From positions 1 through 34,806 of IMG/VR virus record IMGVR_UViG_3300038314_001003: a DNA stretch of 34,806 nucleotides. The stretch is one strand, 5' to 3'. This document shows, one piece after another, positions 6,508-16,311 of this stretch. The position numbers and the translations under genes are program-made. Within the stretch, counting starts at the first letter, position 1. Each line of letters opens with the position of its first letter. The notes under the pieces were generated by a model, which was not told where the DNA came from, ran no database searches, and saw only the letters and a program-made list of their open reading frames with translations. This DNA is from a virus (lineage: Duplodnaviria > Caudoviricetes).

Positions 6508-8559
6508 ATGGAAGACTTGAGCTTAAGTAATATAAATCCTAATACAGACGTTGGCATTCCTTCAGACGCTAAAGGGTTAATTAGAAAGTATCAGCAAAAT
6601 GTAGAACTTTCTTATCAGAAATGGAAGGCTAGATACAAAGAAATTGAGTCTGCTAGACGTTATTCATTGGGGCGACTCAATGATAGAACACAGGGGATGA
6701 GTCTTGAACAAGCATTTGGTCAGGGTGGTAGACTGATTAAAGGAAATATTATTCACGCTACATTGCAAGGTTTACTTCCACATATATATTCTAAAAATCC
6801 AGAAATAAAAATAAGACCAGGATTAAACGTAGATCCACAAGGTTCTCAATATAGAGTTGCTGATTTGTTTGCTAGCACTTTAGAAATTATCTTGAATGAA
6901 TCGTTAAAGAAAGCAAGACTTAAAAAAATAGCTAAACAAGTATTACGTTCCTGCATGACAAGTAAAATTGGTATTGTAAAGGTAACATACCAAAGAGATT
7001 ACTTTAAAGATCCATTAATTAGTAGAGAATTTAATGACGCGCAGGATAGTTTGGCAAAGATACAAGATGATATACGTCAATTAGAATCCGGCGATGGATA
7101 CTATGGTGATAAAGACGAACTTGTAGAAGAGATAAAAATGACAATCAACTCTTTGTCGCAACGTGTCGAAGTGTTGCAACAAGAGGGTTTGAATCTTGGT
7201 TTTGTTCGTCCTGAAGATTTTCGTATGGATACGTCTCTTGATTCCTTACAAGATTATAATGCAGCCAGATGGATTGCTAATGTAACGTGGATGACACCAT
7301 CAGATGTTATGGAGCGATTTCAATTAACGAAAAAAGATATTGAAAAATATACGATTTACCGAAGAACGACTGAAGGAATAGCAAATCGTTTAAACAAAGA
7401 TAGTGCGTCTTATAGCGGAGAAGAGGATGTTAATCTTGCTGTTGCTGTTTGGGAATACTGGGATAAAACAACTCAAACAGTATATACTTGGTGTGAAGGC
7501 AGTGACAAATGGTGCAGGGAACCTTATGTACCAACAAAAATGGGTGAGCGATTCTTTCCATATTTTGTATTAGGTTTGAATTGGATAGATGGTCAAGAAT
7601 GGCCAGTTTCTGAAACAGAATTAATGATGAACTTACAGGACGAATATAATACTGTAAGAGAACAATTAGCAATGCACAGAAAACTCTCTGCTCCTTTTTA
7701 TGTAGCTGATGCTTCTCGTGTAAATGAAGAAGATATTGACGTGTTTAGTAATGCTACTATTGGTGATATCGCTATGATTAATGCTTCTGGACTTGGCGTT
7801 AATCAAGTATTTCAACCAGTGCAAGTACCCCCAATGAATCCAATTGTATATGATACCACTCCAATTCGTACAGATATGGAATGGATTAGTGGGTTGGGTG
7901 ATGCACAACGTGGTGGGATTATGCGTGCTAAGACAGCAACAGAAGCTAACATACAACAAGAGGGTATGGCTTCTAGGATGCAAGAGAAAATTGATGTTAC
8001 AGAAGATTGGTTAAAAGATATAGCTTGGTATGCAGCTGAAGTTCTTTTACAAGAGATTTCTCCACAGAGAGCACAAGCAATTGCTGGACCACAAGCGTTT
8101 TGGCCGATACTAAATAAACAGCAATTATACGATTCTGTTTTTATCAAGATTGCTGCCGGTAGTACTGGCATGCCAGATAATAATGCGGAAAGAATGCGAT
8201 GGATAGAATTGATGCCGATCATTATGCAGAATATACAAATGGTGCAAATGATGAGACAAGCAGGTGTACCCGATCAGTTTAATCCTTACGTTCAATTACT
8301 AGAAGAGACTTTCAAACGTTTTGACGAGAGAATAGATATATCAAAATTCTTACCACCCATGCCAGAAGACGTGCAGGCTCACATGCAACAAAACATGATG
8401 ATGCAACAGGCTATGGGACAAGGTCAACAACAAGGTATGCCTAATGCGGTTCAACCCCCTCCACCGCCACAAGGGGCGAATGAGGTTATGAATGCTCCAA
8501 ATAATAGAGTGATGCAGAGATCAAGAAATCAATATCGACCACCACAGGGAGAAATGTAA
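6508..8559 (+). CDS. Portal protein (P22-like size, Gln-rich C-terminal tail)
   Basis: 683 aa directly after terL; GIVKVTY, VWEYWDK and KTATEA motifs. Confidence 0.88.
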   Translation: MEDLSLSNINPNTDVGIPSDAKGLIRKYQQNVELSYQKWKARYKEIESARRYSLGRLNDRTQGMSLEQAFGQGGRLIKGNIIHATLQGLLPHIYSKNPEIKIRPGLNVDPQGSQYRVADLFASTLEIILNESLKKARLKKIAKQVLRSCMTSKIGIVKVTYQRDYFKDPLISREFNDAQDSLAKIQDDIRQLESGDGYYGDKDELVEEIKMTINSLSQRVEVLQQEGLNLGFVRPEDFRMDTSLDSLQDYNAARWIANVTWMTPSDVMERFQLTKKDIEKYTIYRRTTEGIANRLNKDSASYSGEEDVNLAVAVWEYWDKTTQTVYTWCEGSDKWCREPYVPTKMGERFFPYFVLGLNWIDGQEWPVSETELMMNLQDEYNTVREQLAMHRKLSAPFYVADASRVNEEDIDVFSNATIGDIAMINASGLGVNQVFQPVQVPPMNPIVYDTTPIRTDMEWISGLGDAQRGGIMRAKTATEANIQQEGMASRMQEKIDVTEDWLKDIAWYAAEVLLQEISPQRAQAIAGPQAFWPILNKQQLYDSVFIKIAAGSTGMPDNNAERMRWIELMPIIMQNIQMVQMMRQAGVPDQFNPYVQLLEETFKRFDERIDISKFLPPMPEDVQAHMQQNMMMQQAMGQGQQQGMPNAVQPPPPPQGANEVMNAPNNRVMQRSRNQYRPPQGEM

Positions 8560-9675
8560 ATGGCCGAAGTTCAAGAAGAATTATCTAATACAGAGTTACA
8601 AGACAGTACTTTTGATGTTATGTCAGAAGCACTAGAAGATCTACACAAGGATGATCCTGTTGTAGAAACCGCAGAGGAGATTGTTAATGACGAACCAATT
8701 GCCGAGCAGTCAGCAGAGTCAGACGTTAAAGCTCCCACCTTCGAAGAAGCTCAGAACGCACAGCAAGACACGAGGAGTAGGGTTGATACTACAGAAGAAT
8801 CAGAAGAAGAACTTCAAACAGGCGAGGGAGTTCAAGCGTCAGAAGGTCTAGATTCTGAAGATGCAGAGGTTTATGATAATCTTAAACCTAAAGCTCAAGA
8901 GCGCTTCAAACATTGGATTGACAGAGCTAATAGTCTAGAACAAGAATATAATTCTATGTTGCAAGGTAATAATCAATTGCATGGCATTATAGAAGGAAGC
9001 ACGACGAATCCGCAGCAATTGGGTTGGGCACTAGAGATGTTCAAGGGTTTAAACTCTGGCGATTATGCTACAGCCGTCAACTCTTTGAAGGCACTAGATC
9101 AGTTCTCTGATCAGATTGCTAAAACCTTAGGCGTTCAAACAGAGGGAAACGAACAGTCTAATTTTGCTGATTTCGAAGACTTATCAGGTGCTGTTGAAAA
9201 CCTCGAGATGAGTGAAGAGTGGGCAAACAAGTTAGCCTCACAAAGAATAGCACAGAATTCTATGCATCAAGCTAGAAGTAACTTCTCACAGTATAATCAA
9301 CAACAAGCGCAGATGATGCAACAGATTGAGGTCGGTAAAAATACTGCATTCCAACAGATTGAAGCTTGGGAAAATAATTTGACTGAAAAAGATCCCGATT
9401 ATAGCTTGAAGAAGGATATAATGATAGAAATGGGTACTCAACTTGCTCAATCAGAAGTACCACCTGATCAGTGGCTTCCAGTTTTGCAGAATCAGTACCA
9501 AATGCTTTCGAGAGGTATGGGTGTAGCCGGCGGATCGAAAAGCAAAGCTAGTAGACGTTCTGGGCCCCTAGCACCTGGATCCGGCAATAGTGGCACAATA
9601 AATGCAATGAATTCAAATCAGGCGGAGGTTACACCTGAATTTCTTCAAGCTCATTTAGATGCCATGCACGAATAA
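8560..9675 (+). CDS. Probable capsid scaffolding protein
   Basis: Acidic, helical composition; lies between portal and capsid. Confidence 0.7.
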   Translation: MAEVQEELSNTELQDSTFDVMSEALEDLHKDDPVVETAEEIVNDEPIAEQSAESDVKAPTFEEAQNAQQDTRSRVDTTEESEEELQTGEGVQASEGLDSEDAEVYDNLKPKAQERFKHWIDRANSLEQEYNSMLQGNNQLHGIIEGSTTNPQQLGWALEMFKGLNSGDYATAVNSLKALDQFSDQIAKTLGVQTEGNEQSNFADFEDLSGAVENLEMSEEWANKLASQRIAQNSMHQARSNFSQYNQQQAQMMQQIEVGKNTAFQQIEAWENNLTEKDPDYSLKKDIMIEMGTQLAQSEVPPDQWLPVLQNQYQMLSRGMGVAGGSKSKASRRSGPLAPGSGNSGTINAMNSNQAEVTPEFLQAHLDAMHE

Positions 9676-9770
9676 CAGGATTAGATGAGAGCTGGGTTCA
9701 TCACCAGTAGCACGTATTGGTTTTCGTGTGACCAACCCTGTTCCACATAATTACATTCCTTTGGAGGGAA
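9674..9770 (+). promoter_or_regulatory. Candidate structured leader RNA of the capsid gene
   Basis: AACAGG/CCTGTT closing stem, GCTGG/CCAGT and GCACG/CGTGT inner stems, and a small hairpin TTCCTT-TGG-AGGGAA over the RBS. Confidence 0.45.
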
Positions 9771-9774
9771 AATA

Positions 9775-10962
9775 ATGGCAACACAAACAGCATTACATGC
9801 TGATGACATTACCCAACTAGGATATGTAGCTCTTCAGAATTATTTGAAGAATAAACCTATTGATCAGGTTGCGGAAGAACGTCCCCTGCTAAAAGCTCTA
9901 ATGGCAAAGAAAAAGCCTTGGGGTGGCGGTAAAGAAAATATCGTTGAGCAGATTCGTACTGGTTATGACAACAACTTTGAGTGGTTTGGAGATACTTCTA
10001 AGAATGTCTCTGACACGGTTGGTTATAACACCCGCGACACGGTTCGTCAGGCTTATTATCCTTGGAACTCGGCACATGACGGTTTCCAGTTTTCTGAAGA
10101 CTACTTACTTGGTAACGGTATTCTTATTGGCGATTCACAAAGTCCGCGCAATTCTAGCGCTGCGGGTCTTGTACAATTAACTAACGTCTTTAACGAGGCA
10201 ATGGAAGTTCTACGTCTTGGTTTCGAGAAGATCCTCGATCAATCATTACATATGGATGGCACCATTGCAGTTGGTGGCGGTACTTCAACAGCTAACAAGG
10301 CAATCAACGGTCTAGATTTTCTAGTATCTTTTGATCCTCGTACTGGTACAGTTGGTGGCATCAACCGCGCTACATCGTCTTACTGGCGTAACCATTTCGA
10401 CGTTGGAGTTGGCCTTGACACATTTGATGATATAACCCCAGATGGCTATGCTGGTACTGCTTTATTGGCACCTATGCAAGCACTATGGAGAGCATGTCAG
10501 CAGAATGGTGGAAGTCCTGATCTAATTTTGGTTGGTTCTGAATTCCTTACGTCTTATGAAGCTGCGGTTAGTGCAAAACTATCTCGTTACGCTGTACAAC
10601 CTGGTTCATCTAGTTCTCCTTGGAACTTTGATCCCTCAACAGAGATCAAAAATATGGGCACGTTTACGGGTCTATTTTTTCAAGGTGTTCCAATGATTTG
10701 GGATCCGTTCTTTGAGATCGCAAATGATTTACCAGGTAGTCCGTCAGGTAGTAATGGCACGGATGTTTCTTGGAAGAAACGGTGTTATTTCCTTAACTCA
10801 AAGCATTTAACTCTTCGTCCTATTCAGGATAATGATATGATTGCTAGGAAACCACCTCGCGCACATACTAGTTATAACTACTACTGGGGCATGACATGGC
10901 GTGGCTCGCTAACTGCGAACCGCATGAATTGTCACGGTTGTATTATGGCAAGCGGTTCTTAA
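9775..10962 (+). CDS. Major capsid protein
   Basis: 395 aa after the scaffold; strong RBS; followed by a terminator; PIDQV..ERPLL and C-terminal CYFLNSKHL..RP / G.LTANRMN motifs typical of HK97-fold podovirus capsids. Confidence 0.9.
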   Translation: MATQTALHADDITQLGYVALQNYLKNKPIDQVAEERPLLKALMAKKKPWGGGKENIVEQIRTGYDNNFEWFGDTSKNVSDTVGYNTRDTVRQAYYPWNSAHDGFQFSEDYLLGNGILIGDSQSPRNSSAAGLVQLTNVFNEAMEVLRLGFEKILDQSLHMDGTIAVGGGTSTANKAINGLDFLVSFDPRTGTVGGINRATSSYWRNHFDVGVGLDTFDDITPDGYAGTALLAPMQALWRACQQNGGSPDLILVGSEFLTSYEAAVSAKLSRYAVQPGSSSSPWNFDPSTEIKNMGTFTGLFFQGVPMIWDPFFEIANDLPGSPSGSNGTDVSWKKRCYFLNSKHLTLRPIQDNDMIARKPPRAHTSYNYYWGMTWRGSLTANRMNCHGCIMASGS

Positions 10963-10970
10963 TGTTGTAT

Positions 10971-11004
10971 TCGGAGGGGGCGAAAGCCCCCTTCGGTTTA
11001 TTTT
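10971..11004 (+). terminator. Rho-independent terminator after the capsid gene
   Basis: CGGAGGGGGC-GAAA-GCCCCCTTCG followed by GTTTATTTT. Confidence 0.88.
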
Positions 11005-11019
11005 AAAAGGGAGAAAAAC

Positions 11020-11370
11020 ATGAATATTCCAATGGTTGAAATTTTTATAAATAAAGACCAATTTAATTCAATGAAGAAGGTTTTGCCAGCACATGAATTA
11101 GCAATATATACACATACGTGGGGAGCAGAGTGTATAGAAATGATTGGTAGATCAGATGCAAAAGATCACAAAATTGATAGCATTGAAGATGAAGTTAAAA
11201 GACTCGTAGAGTCATGGGGTAAGGATTTATTGCAAAAGGTTTTTGGTGGAAGTTATACAGATGTTATAGAAGTTTCGATAAACAGAATAATGGAAAAAGA
11301 GAGGAAACTAGATGGCAGCGAGAACACTGCTAAGTCTGAGAACGGAGTTAGCGCAGAGACTAGGGTTTAG
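11020..11370 (+). CDS. Hypothetical head-associated protein
   Basis: GGGAG RBS; its 3' end overlaps the next gene by 59 nt. Confidence 0.8.
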   Translation: MNIPMVEIFINKDQFNSMKKVLPAHELAIYTHTWGAECIEMIGRSDAKDHKIDSIEDEVKRLVESWGKDLLQKVFGGSYTDVIEVSINRIMEKERKLDGSENTAKSENGVSAETRV

Positions 11371-12100
11371 CTCTTCAGGTTCTGGAGCTATTCTTCAAGC
11401 TAATCTTTTAGATTCTGCTTTACGCAGTGGACAAGAGCAGTTATTTTATGAGTTTGGTGATGTTTTAACAAACAAAATTAATGATACTGTTCCTGGTAAA
11501 ACAGTAGCGGATCAAAAAACTTATAATGTGCCAAGTGATTGTAATCTACGTAAACCATTAATTGTTTCTGTAAAGCGCGATGGTTCAGAGAATTATTACG
11601 CTATACCTTCTGGTATATCACCAGCAGAACATAACTTTGAATCTATAACTACACAAACACCTAGTCGTTGGGATATTTTAGAAGATGGTGGTGTACCAAA
11701 ATTAGAATTGTGGCCAACGCCAGATACTTCTAATGATAACATAAGATTAGAATATAACTCTGGTTTAAAACCATTTTCAGAAGATATTGATTTAACATCA
11801 ATAGAACCACAGTTAATTTTGCTTCATGGTATTACTACCATGAAAGCACATTATAGACAACCAGATTATGAAATTTATGCTGGTCAGTTAGAATCATTAC
11901 TTGGTCGCATAAGAGCTGCTTTAACACAACGACATCGTAGAACTAAACGAACAACAAATTTTATTCTTTCTGTATCAACCGATCAACCAGAGATTGGATC
12001 TAGTGTTACACGGCAAATAACTAACATAATATCATCTAGTACGTTTATTACACCAGCTACTGGTACTAGTACATATATTACAACAGCAACTGGTCCATAG
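11312..12100 (+). CDS. Head-tail adaptor / tail tubular protein A-like
   Basis: TL..LR.EL..RL N-terminus, P.R(W/Y) and LELWPTPD motifs; position. Confidence 0.75.
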   Translation: MAARTLLSLRTELAQRLGFSSSGSGAILQANLLDSALRSGQEQLFYEFGDVLTNKINDTVPGKTVADQKTYNVPSDCNLRKPLIVSVKRDGSENYYAIPSGISPAEHNFESITTQTPSRWDILEDGGVPKLELWPTPDTSNDNIRLEYNSGLKPFSEDIDLTSIEPQLILLHGITTMKAHYRQPDYEIYAGQLESLLGRIRAALTQRHRRTKRTTNFILSVSTDQPEIGSSVTRQITNIISSSTFITPATGTSTYITTATGP

Positions 12101-12109
12101 GAATTATTT

Positions 12110-13873
12110 ATGCCTACTACACAAGTAATCAATATGACAGCTCGATCTTCATCGAGTTTGAATTATAACGATTTTCTTTACTTAACAAAAGAAGCACCAT
12201 TAACAGATGAAAAGGTACAGGCATCTGTTGTTCGTGATTATGTATTAAGTGGTATTAAAACAAGCGCAAATAGTGGGTTGGCACAAACATCTTCTGCATA
12301 TGCTAGTGATAATCCAGAATATGAATTATCAGTAGATACTAGTAATCTAGCCGTTGTAACCGCTGTTGCAGCCGATTATATTCTTATTCAAGATGTAACA
12401 GATAATTCTACTAAGAGAGCTTTGATATCTGATGTTGTTTCTACTGGGGATATTACTGAAGTACAAGCAGGAACTGGAATTACAGTTACTAATGGAACTG
12501 GACCTATACCCACTGTAGCATTAACATCTCCTGTAACTGTGGTAACTGGCGGAACAGGACAAACCACATATACAAACGGACAAATATTAATTGGTAATAC
12601 TACAGGTAATACATTAGCGAAAGCAACCTTGACGGCTGGAAGTAATGTTACTATTACAAATGGAACGGGTAGCATATCAATTGCAGCAACAGATACCGAT
12701 ACAACGTATACAGCTGGTGATGGTTTAGATTTAACTGATACTACTTTTAGTACTGATTTAATGTCTAACGGTGGTTTAGAAATAACCGGTACAGAATTAT
12801 CAGTTGCTGCTGGTATATCTCAATACGATGTTGCACAATTTGCGGCTAGTGTTGTTGATGATGATTTCTTAAGAATCGATGGAACTGCTGTAGAGGGTCG
12901 TAGCGCTTCAGAAGTATTAACAGATATTGGAGCTTCTCCAGCTGCGGGTAGTTCGTCTATAGTAACTGTTGGAACTGTTTCATCTGGCACTTGGACAGGT
13001 ACAGCTATCGATGGTGCTTATATTGATTTGGAAGGCACTGAAGTAAAATCTACTGGAGAAACTGGTGCAACTAAATACTTACGTGAAGATGGTGATGGAA
13101 CAAGTTCCTGGCAACCTGTATCTGGGGCTGGTATTGGTGATGTTGTAGGACCATCTAGTGCTATAAATAATTCTGTTGCTCGCTTTGATACAACGTCAGG
13201 TAAATTGATACAAGATACGGGCGCATATTTTACTATCAGTGATGCGGGAGCAGCTGCTGGATATAATGTAACATTGGATGGAGATAAAAACATTACACCT
13301 GGTGACGGTTCTATGATTCATGTAGACACCGCTACATTAACTGATAACGTTACATCTACTTCTGGCACAGCAACTAAATTTGTGTCAAATAGTTTTGAAG
13401 GACAGACATTAGCTGCTACTAATGCAAGTGTTACAACTACAGACGCAGCAACTGTTTATATAAGTGGACCAACTATCGCAGGTACTAATGAAACATTAAC
13501 CAGAACACACGCTTTGTGGGTTGATTCTGGTAACGCAAGATTCGACGGTTCCATATATAGTGGCACGACTGAAGCTATAAATTCTAGTGGTTTAGTAACC
13601 GTTGCGAATCAATCTAATATTACAGGGGTAAGTACAATATCTAGTGGTACTTGGGAAGGTACTACAGTTGCTGTAGATCAGGGTGGTACTGGTCAGACTA
13701 GTTACACGAATGGACAGTTGTTAATTGGTAATACTACAGGCAACACCTTAGCAAAAGCCACGCTGACAGCTGGCTCAAACATAACAATCACAGAAGGCGC
13801 AGGCTCTATAACGATAGCTGCCGCTGCTGGAGCCACCGCTGGATTTGCTGTGGCAATGGCAATCGCATTATAG
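12110..13873 (+). CDS. Tail fibre-like protein with internal duplications
   Basis: Thr/Gly-rich; GGTGQT.YTNGQ.LIGNTTGNTLAKATLTAGSN repeated twice; ends AGFAVAMAIAL. Confidence 0.8.
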   Translation: MPTTQVINMTARSSSSLNYNDFLYLTKEAPLTDEKVQASVVRDYVLSGIKTSANSGLAQTSSAYASDNPEYELSVDTSNLAVVTAVAADYILIQDVTDNSTKRALISDVVSTGDITEVQAGTGITVTNGTGPIPTVALTSPVTVVTGGTGQTTYTNGQILIGNTTGNTLAKATLTAGSNVTITNGTGSISIAATDTDTTYTAGDGLDLTDTTFSTDLMSNGGLEITGTELSVAAGISQYDVAQFAASVVDDDFLRIDGTAVEGRSASEVLTDIGASPAAGSSSIVTVGTVSSGTWTGTAIDGAYIDLEGTEVKSTGETGATKYLREDGDGTSSWQPVSGAGIGDVVGPSSAINNSVARFDTTSGKLIQDTGAYFTISDAGAAAGYNVTLDGDKNITPGDGSMIHVDTATLTDNVTSTSGTATKFVSNSFEGQTLAATNASVTTTDAATVYISGPTIAGTNETLTRTHALWVDSGNARFDGSIYSGTTEAINSSGLVTVANQSNITGVSTISSGTWEGTTVAVDQGGTGQTSYTNGQLLIGNTTGNTLAKATLTAGSNITITEGAGSITIAAAAGATAGFAVAMAIAL

Positions 13874-13882
13874 GTAAATATT

Positions 13883-14224
13883 ATGGCACAAGACTTTACA
13901 AAAGATTACAAAGCGCAAGTTACTACTGCAGCACATACGTTACGGACAGCTGACTCAAATGATGCTTTGATCGGTATTAGATTAACAAACATCACAACGA
14001 GTGCTGTTACTGTAGAAGTATGGATTGATGTTGCTGCTGGAGGAGCAACCGCAGACGTAGTATATATTGCAAAGGATTTAAGTATTCCGCCTAAGTCATC
14101 TGTCGAATTAATTCAAGGTGGTGCAAAAATTGTTATGCAGAATACCGACCTGCTAAGAATTGAATCATCTGCCGCAACTTCTATAGCGGCTTATGTGAGC
14201 GTTGTAGATGCAATCTCAGCGTAG
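13883..14224 (+). CDS. Small tail-associated beta-sandwich-like protein
   Basis: MAQDF... SIPPKSSVELIQGGAKIV; this type commonly follows fibres ending in AMAIAL in marine phages (recollection). Confidence 0.7.
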   Translation: MAQDFTKDYKAQVTTAAHTLRTADSNDALIGIRLTNITTSAVTVEVWIDVAAGGATADVVYIAKDLSIPPKSSVELIQGGAKIVMQNTDLLRIESSAATSIAAYVSVVDAISA

Positions 14225-14232
14225 GAGCAATA

Positions 14233-14406
14233 ATGGTAGACAATATAAACGGAACTTTATACTTAAATAATCCTGCTGCAAAAGAGGGATTCTTCAATCA
14301 CGCTGCAACTATAGATGGCGATCATACTATTGATTCTGCCGTCTGCGCTGGACCAGTTACTTTTACTGGAACTATAACTGTAGAAGGTTATTTGGTAATC
14401 GTATGA
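14233..14406 (+). CDS. Small tail-associated protein (57 aa, MVDNINGTLYLN...SAVCAGPVTFTGTITVEGYLVIV), not in the ORF track
   Basis: Hand translation; AGGAG RBS; ATGA overlap with the next gene. Confidence 0.8.
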   Translation: MVDNINGTLYLNNPAAKEGFFNHAATIDGDHTIDSAVCAGPVTFTGTITVEGYLVIV

Positions 14407-15047
14407 GCAAGATTAATGTAGATACATGGGAACCTGAATCTGGTACTGCCGCTACTCTTATGGCATCAGGTGATACTGTTACGGTGCCATCGGGAGCGGA
14501 ACTTGATATTGCAAGCGGTGCAACATTAGATGTAAATGGAACCATTGATTTAACTGGTGCTATTAAGACTGGATTCCCTGCTGGTGGATTAACAACCGCA
14601 AGTCAGTGGAGATTGACTACTGATTTCACAGGTGACGCTGCGCCAATCGCTTCTAATCTTGAAGAAGCAGATGCTCCAGTAGGTTTTGGTGTGCTGGGCG
14701 ACTCTATGACTGAATCAAGCGGAATTTTTACGTTTCCCTCAAGCGGTTATTACTTGATCAGGTTTCACGCGTATTTTCTTGCCAATACTAATAGCGTCTA
14801 CAACAGGATAAAGATTCAAACAACCACAGATGATTCTACCTACGCTGTTGCCTGTATTATAAGTGGAGCGGCAGGCGCAGCAAATCAAGAGCAAGGAATA
14901 TCGACTGAATACATCTTTGATGTCACAGACACTACGCAATGTAAATGCAGGTTTGACGTTGATGTTAATGCCGTTGGTGTTACAACAAAAGGGGATACTG
15001 ACCAAAATGAAACCTTTATGACCTTTACAAAATTGGCGGATACATAA
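14403..15047 (+). CDS. Adhesin / fibre-tip-like protein 1 (C1q-like beta head)
   Basis: MSKINVDT N-terminus; SGIFTFPSSGYYLI motif; C-terminal domain paralogous to 16308..17003. Confidence 0.65.
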   Translation: MSKINVDTWEPESGTAATLMASGDTVTVPSGAELDIASGATLDVNGTIDLTGAIKTGFPAGGLTTASQWRLTTDFTGDAAPIASNLEEADAPVGFGVLGDSMTESSGIFTFPSSGYYLIRFHAYFLANTNSVYNRIKIQTTTDDSTYAVACIISGAAGAANQEQGISTEYIFDVTDTTQCKCRFDVDVNAVGVTTKGDTDQNETFMTFTKLADT

Positions 15048-15322
15048 TGAAACCAGAGCATATTGAAGACGTATTAGTACATTTACATTCTGGTCAATGG
15101 TTTGGCTGGTCAAATTCTAAGGATAAGGTTTACGACAATCTTGTTATACACAGTGCTGATGATAAACCTACTCAAGAATGGCTAGAAGCAGAACTAGCCC
15201 GACAACAAGAAGAGTGGGATGCGGAACAAGTAGCCGCAGCCGAAACAAAAGCAAGCGCCATTGAAAAATTAAAAATTCTCGGCCTAAACGATGCTGAGAT
15301 AGCCAGTATCACAGGAGGATAG
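15047..15322 (+). CDS. Fibre-associated chaperone-like protein 1
   Basis: Paralog of 17005..17328; C-terminus KLKILGLNDAEI resembles 16099..16311. Confidence 0.6.
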   Translation: MKPEHIEDVLVHLHSGQWFGWSNSKDKVYDNLVIHSADDKPTQEWLEAELARQQEEWDAEQVAAAETKASAIEKLKILGLNDAEIASITGG

Positions 15323-15323
15323 T

Positions 15324-16097
15324 ATGGCATCCGAAGTAAAAACAAATAAGATATCCCCTGCGACCTCTACAACAATAAATGTAGGGGACTCTGGAGATAC
15401 ATTAGCTTTAGCAACTGATGCTGTTACTGGGTTTAATGTCGGGTCAGATGCTCAAGGAGACATCTTGTACCATGATGGAACCGATTACACACGGCTGGGT
15501 GCTGGAACATCTGGACACTTCCTAAAGACGCAAGGTACCAGTGCCAATCCTGTATGGGCAGCAGATAGTGCTGGCTCATTAGTTTACCTCGCAAGTTCTC
15601 GATCAACTGTGAATGCTGCGACTGTAGATTTTCAAGAGTTCAAAAGTACAGATTATTTATTTTATCTTATTACTGGATTTGTTAAACCAGTTACAGATAG
15701 TGTTCAGTTCAACGTGCGACTCATGGATGGAGCGTCGGCAATAACCACAAGTAATTATCTTTTCATTCGGGGCGGCGTTGACAGTGACGGAACTGGTGTT
15801 TATGCTAACAGTAAAACTAATGATAATTGGACTTTAGGTGCAAACGTATCCACAGATGCTCCCGTGATGTTTTCATTACAACTTCATTTTCAGGATGCGA
15901 CTGATGATGGCTGGGATGGTGCTTTATTTAATGGAAATCTAGGGTTTCTATTATCATCCACCGGTGATCCTCTAGAACGCACAGTCTATGGGAACTATGG
16001 TGTTGATAATGCCAATCTTGATGGTATTCAATTTTATCACAGCAGTGGAGATATTGATTATCACAAAATTGTTGTCTACGGAATGAAGGGTAGCTAA
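15324..16097 (+). CDS. Adhesin / fibre-tip-like protein 2
   Basis: MASEVKTNKI N-terminus; GDILYHDG..RLGAGTSG.FL fibre segment; different head ending VYGMK. Confidence 0.65.
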   Translation: MASEVKTNKISPATSTTINVGDSGDTLALATDAVTGFNVGSDAQGDILYHDGTDYTRLGAGTSGHFLKTQGTSANPVWAADSAGSLVYLASSRSTVNAATVDFQEFKSTDYLFYLITGFVKPVTDSVQFNVRLMDGASAITTSNYLFIRGGVDSDGTGVYANSKTNDNWTLGANVSTDAPVMFSLQLHFQDATDDGWDGALFNGNLGFLLSSTGDPLERTVYGNYGVDNANLDGIQFYHSSGDIDYHKIVVYGMKGS

Positions 16098-16098
16098 T

Positions 16099-16311
16099 AT
16101 GGCAAGATATAAAATGGTAAATGGTGAGCGCATTCAGTTTACTCCAGAAGAAGAAGCCGCTAGGGATGCAGAAGAAGCGCAAGCGGTTATAGACAATGCG
16201 ACAGATGATGCTGCGAATACTGCCAGACAAGCAAAACTAGACTCCGCCAAATCAAAACTTGAGGCTCTTGGCCTAACTACAGAAGAAGTGCGGGAGGCTT
16301 TTGGATTATGA
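16099..16311 (+). CDS. Fibre-associated chaperone-like protein 2
   Basis: KMVNGERIQFTPEEEAARDAEE; C-terminus KLEALGLTTEEV. Confidence 0.6.
   Translation: MARYKMVNGERIQFTPEEEAARDAEEAQAVIDNATDDAANTARQAKLDSAKSKLEALGLTTEEVREAFGL

Noticed and set aside
9674-9742. Hammerhead ribozyme (AGATGAG resembles CUGAUGA)
   Set aside because: The CUGA start and the GAAA core element are missing.
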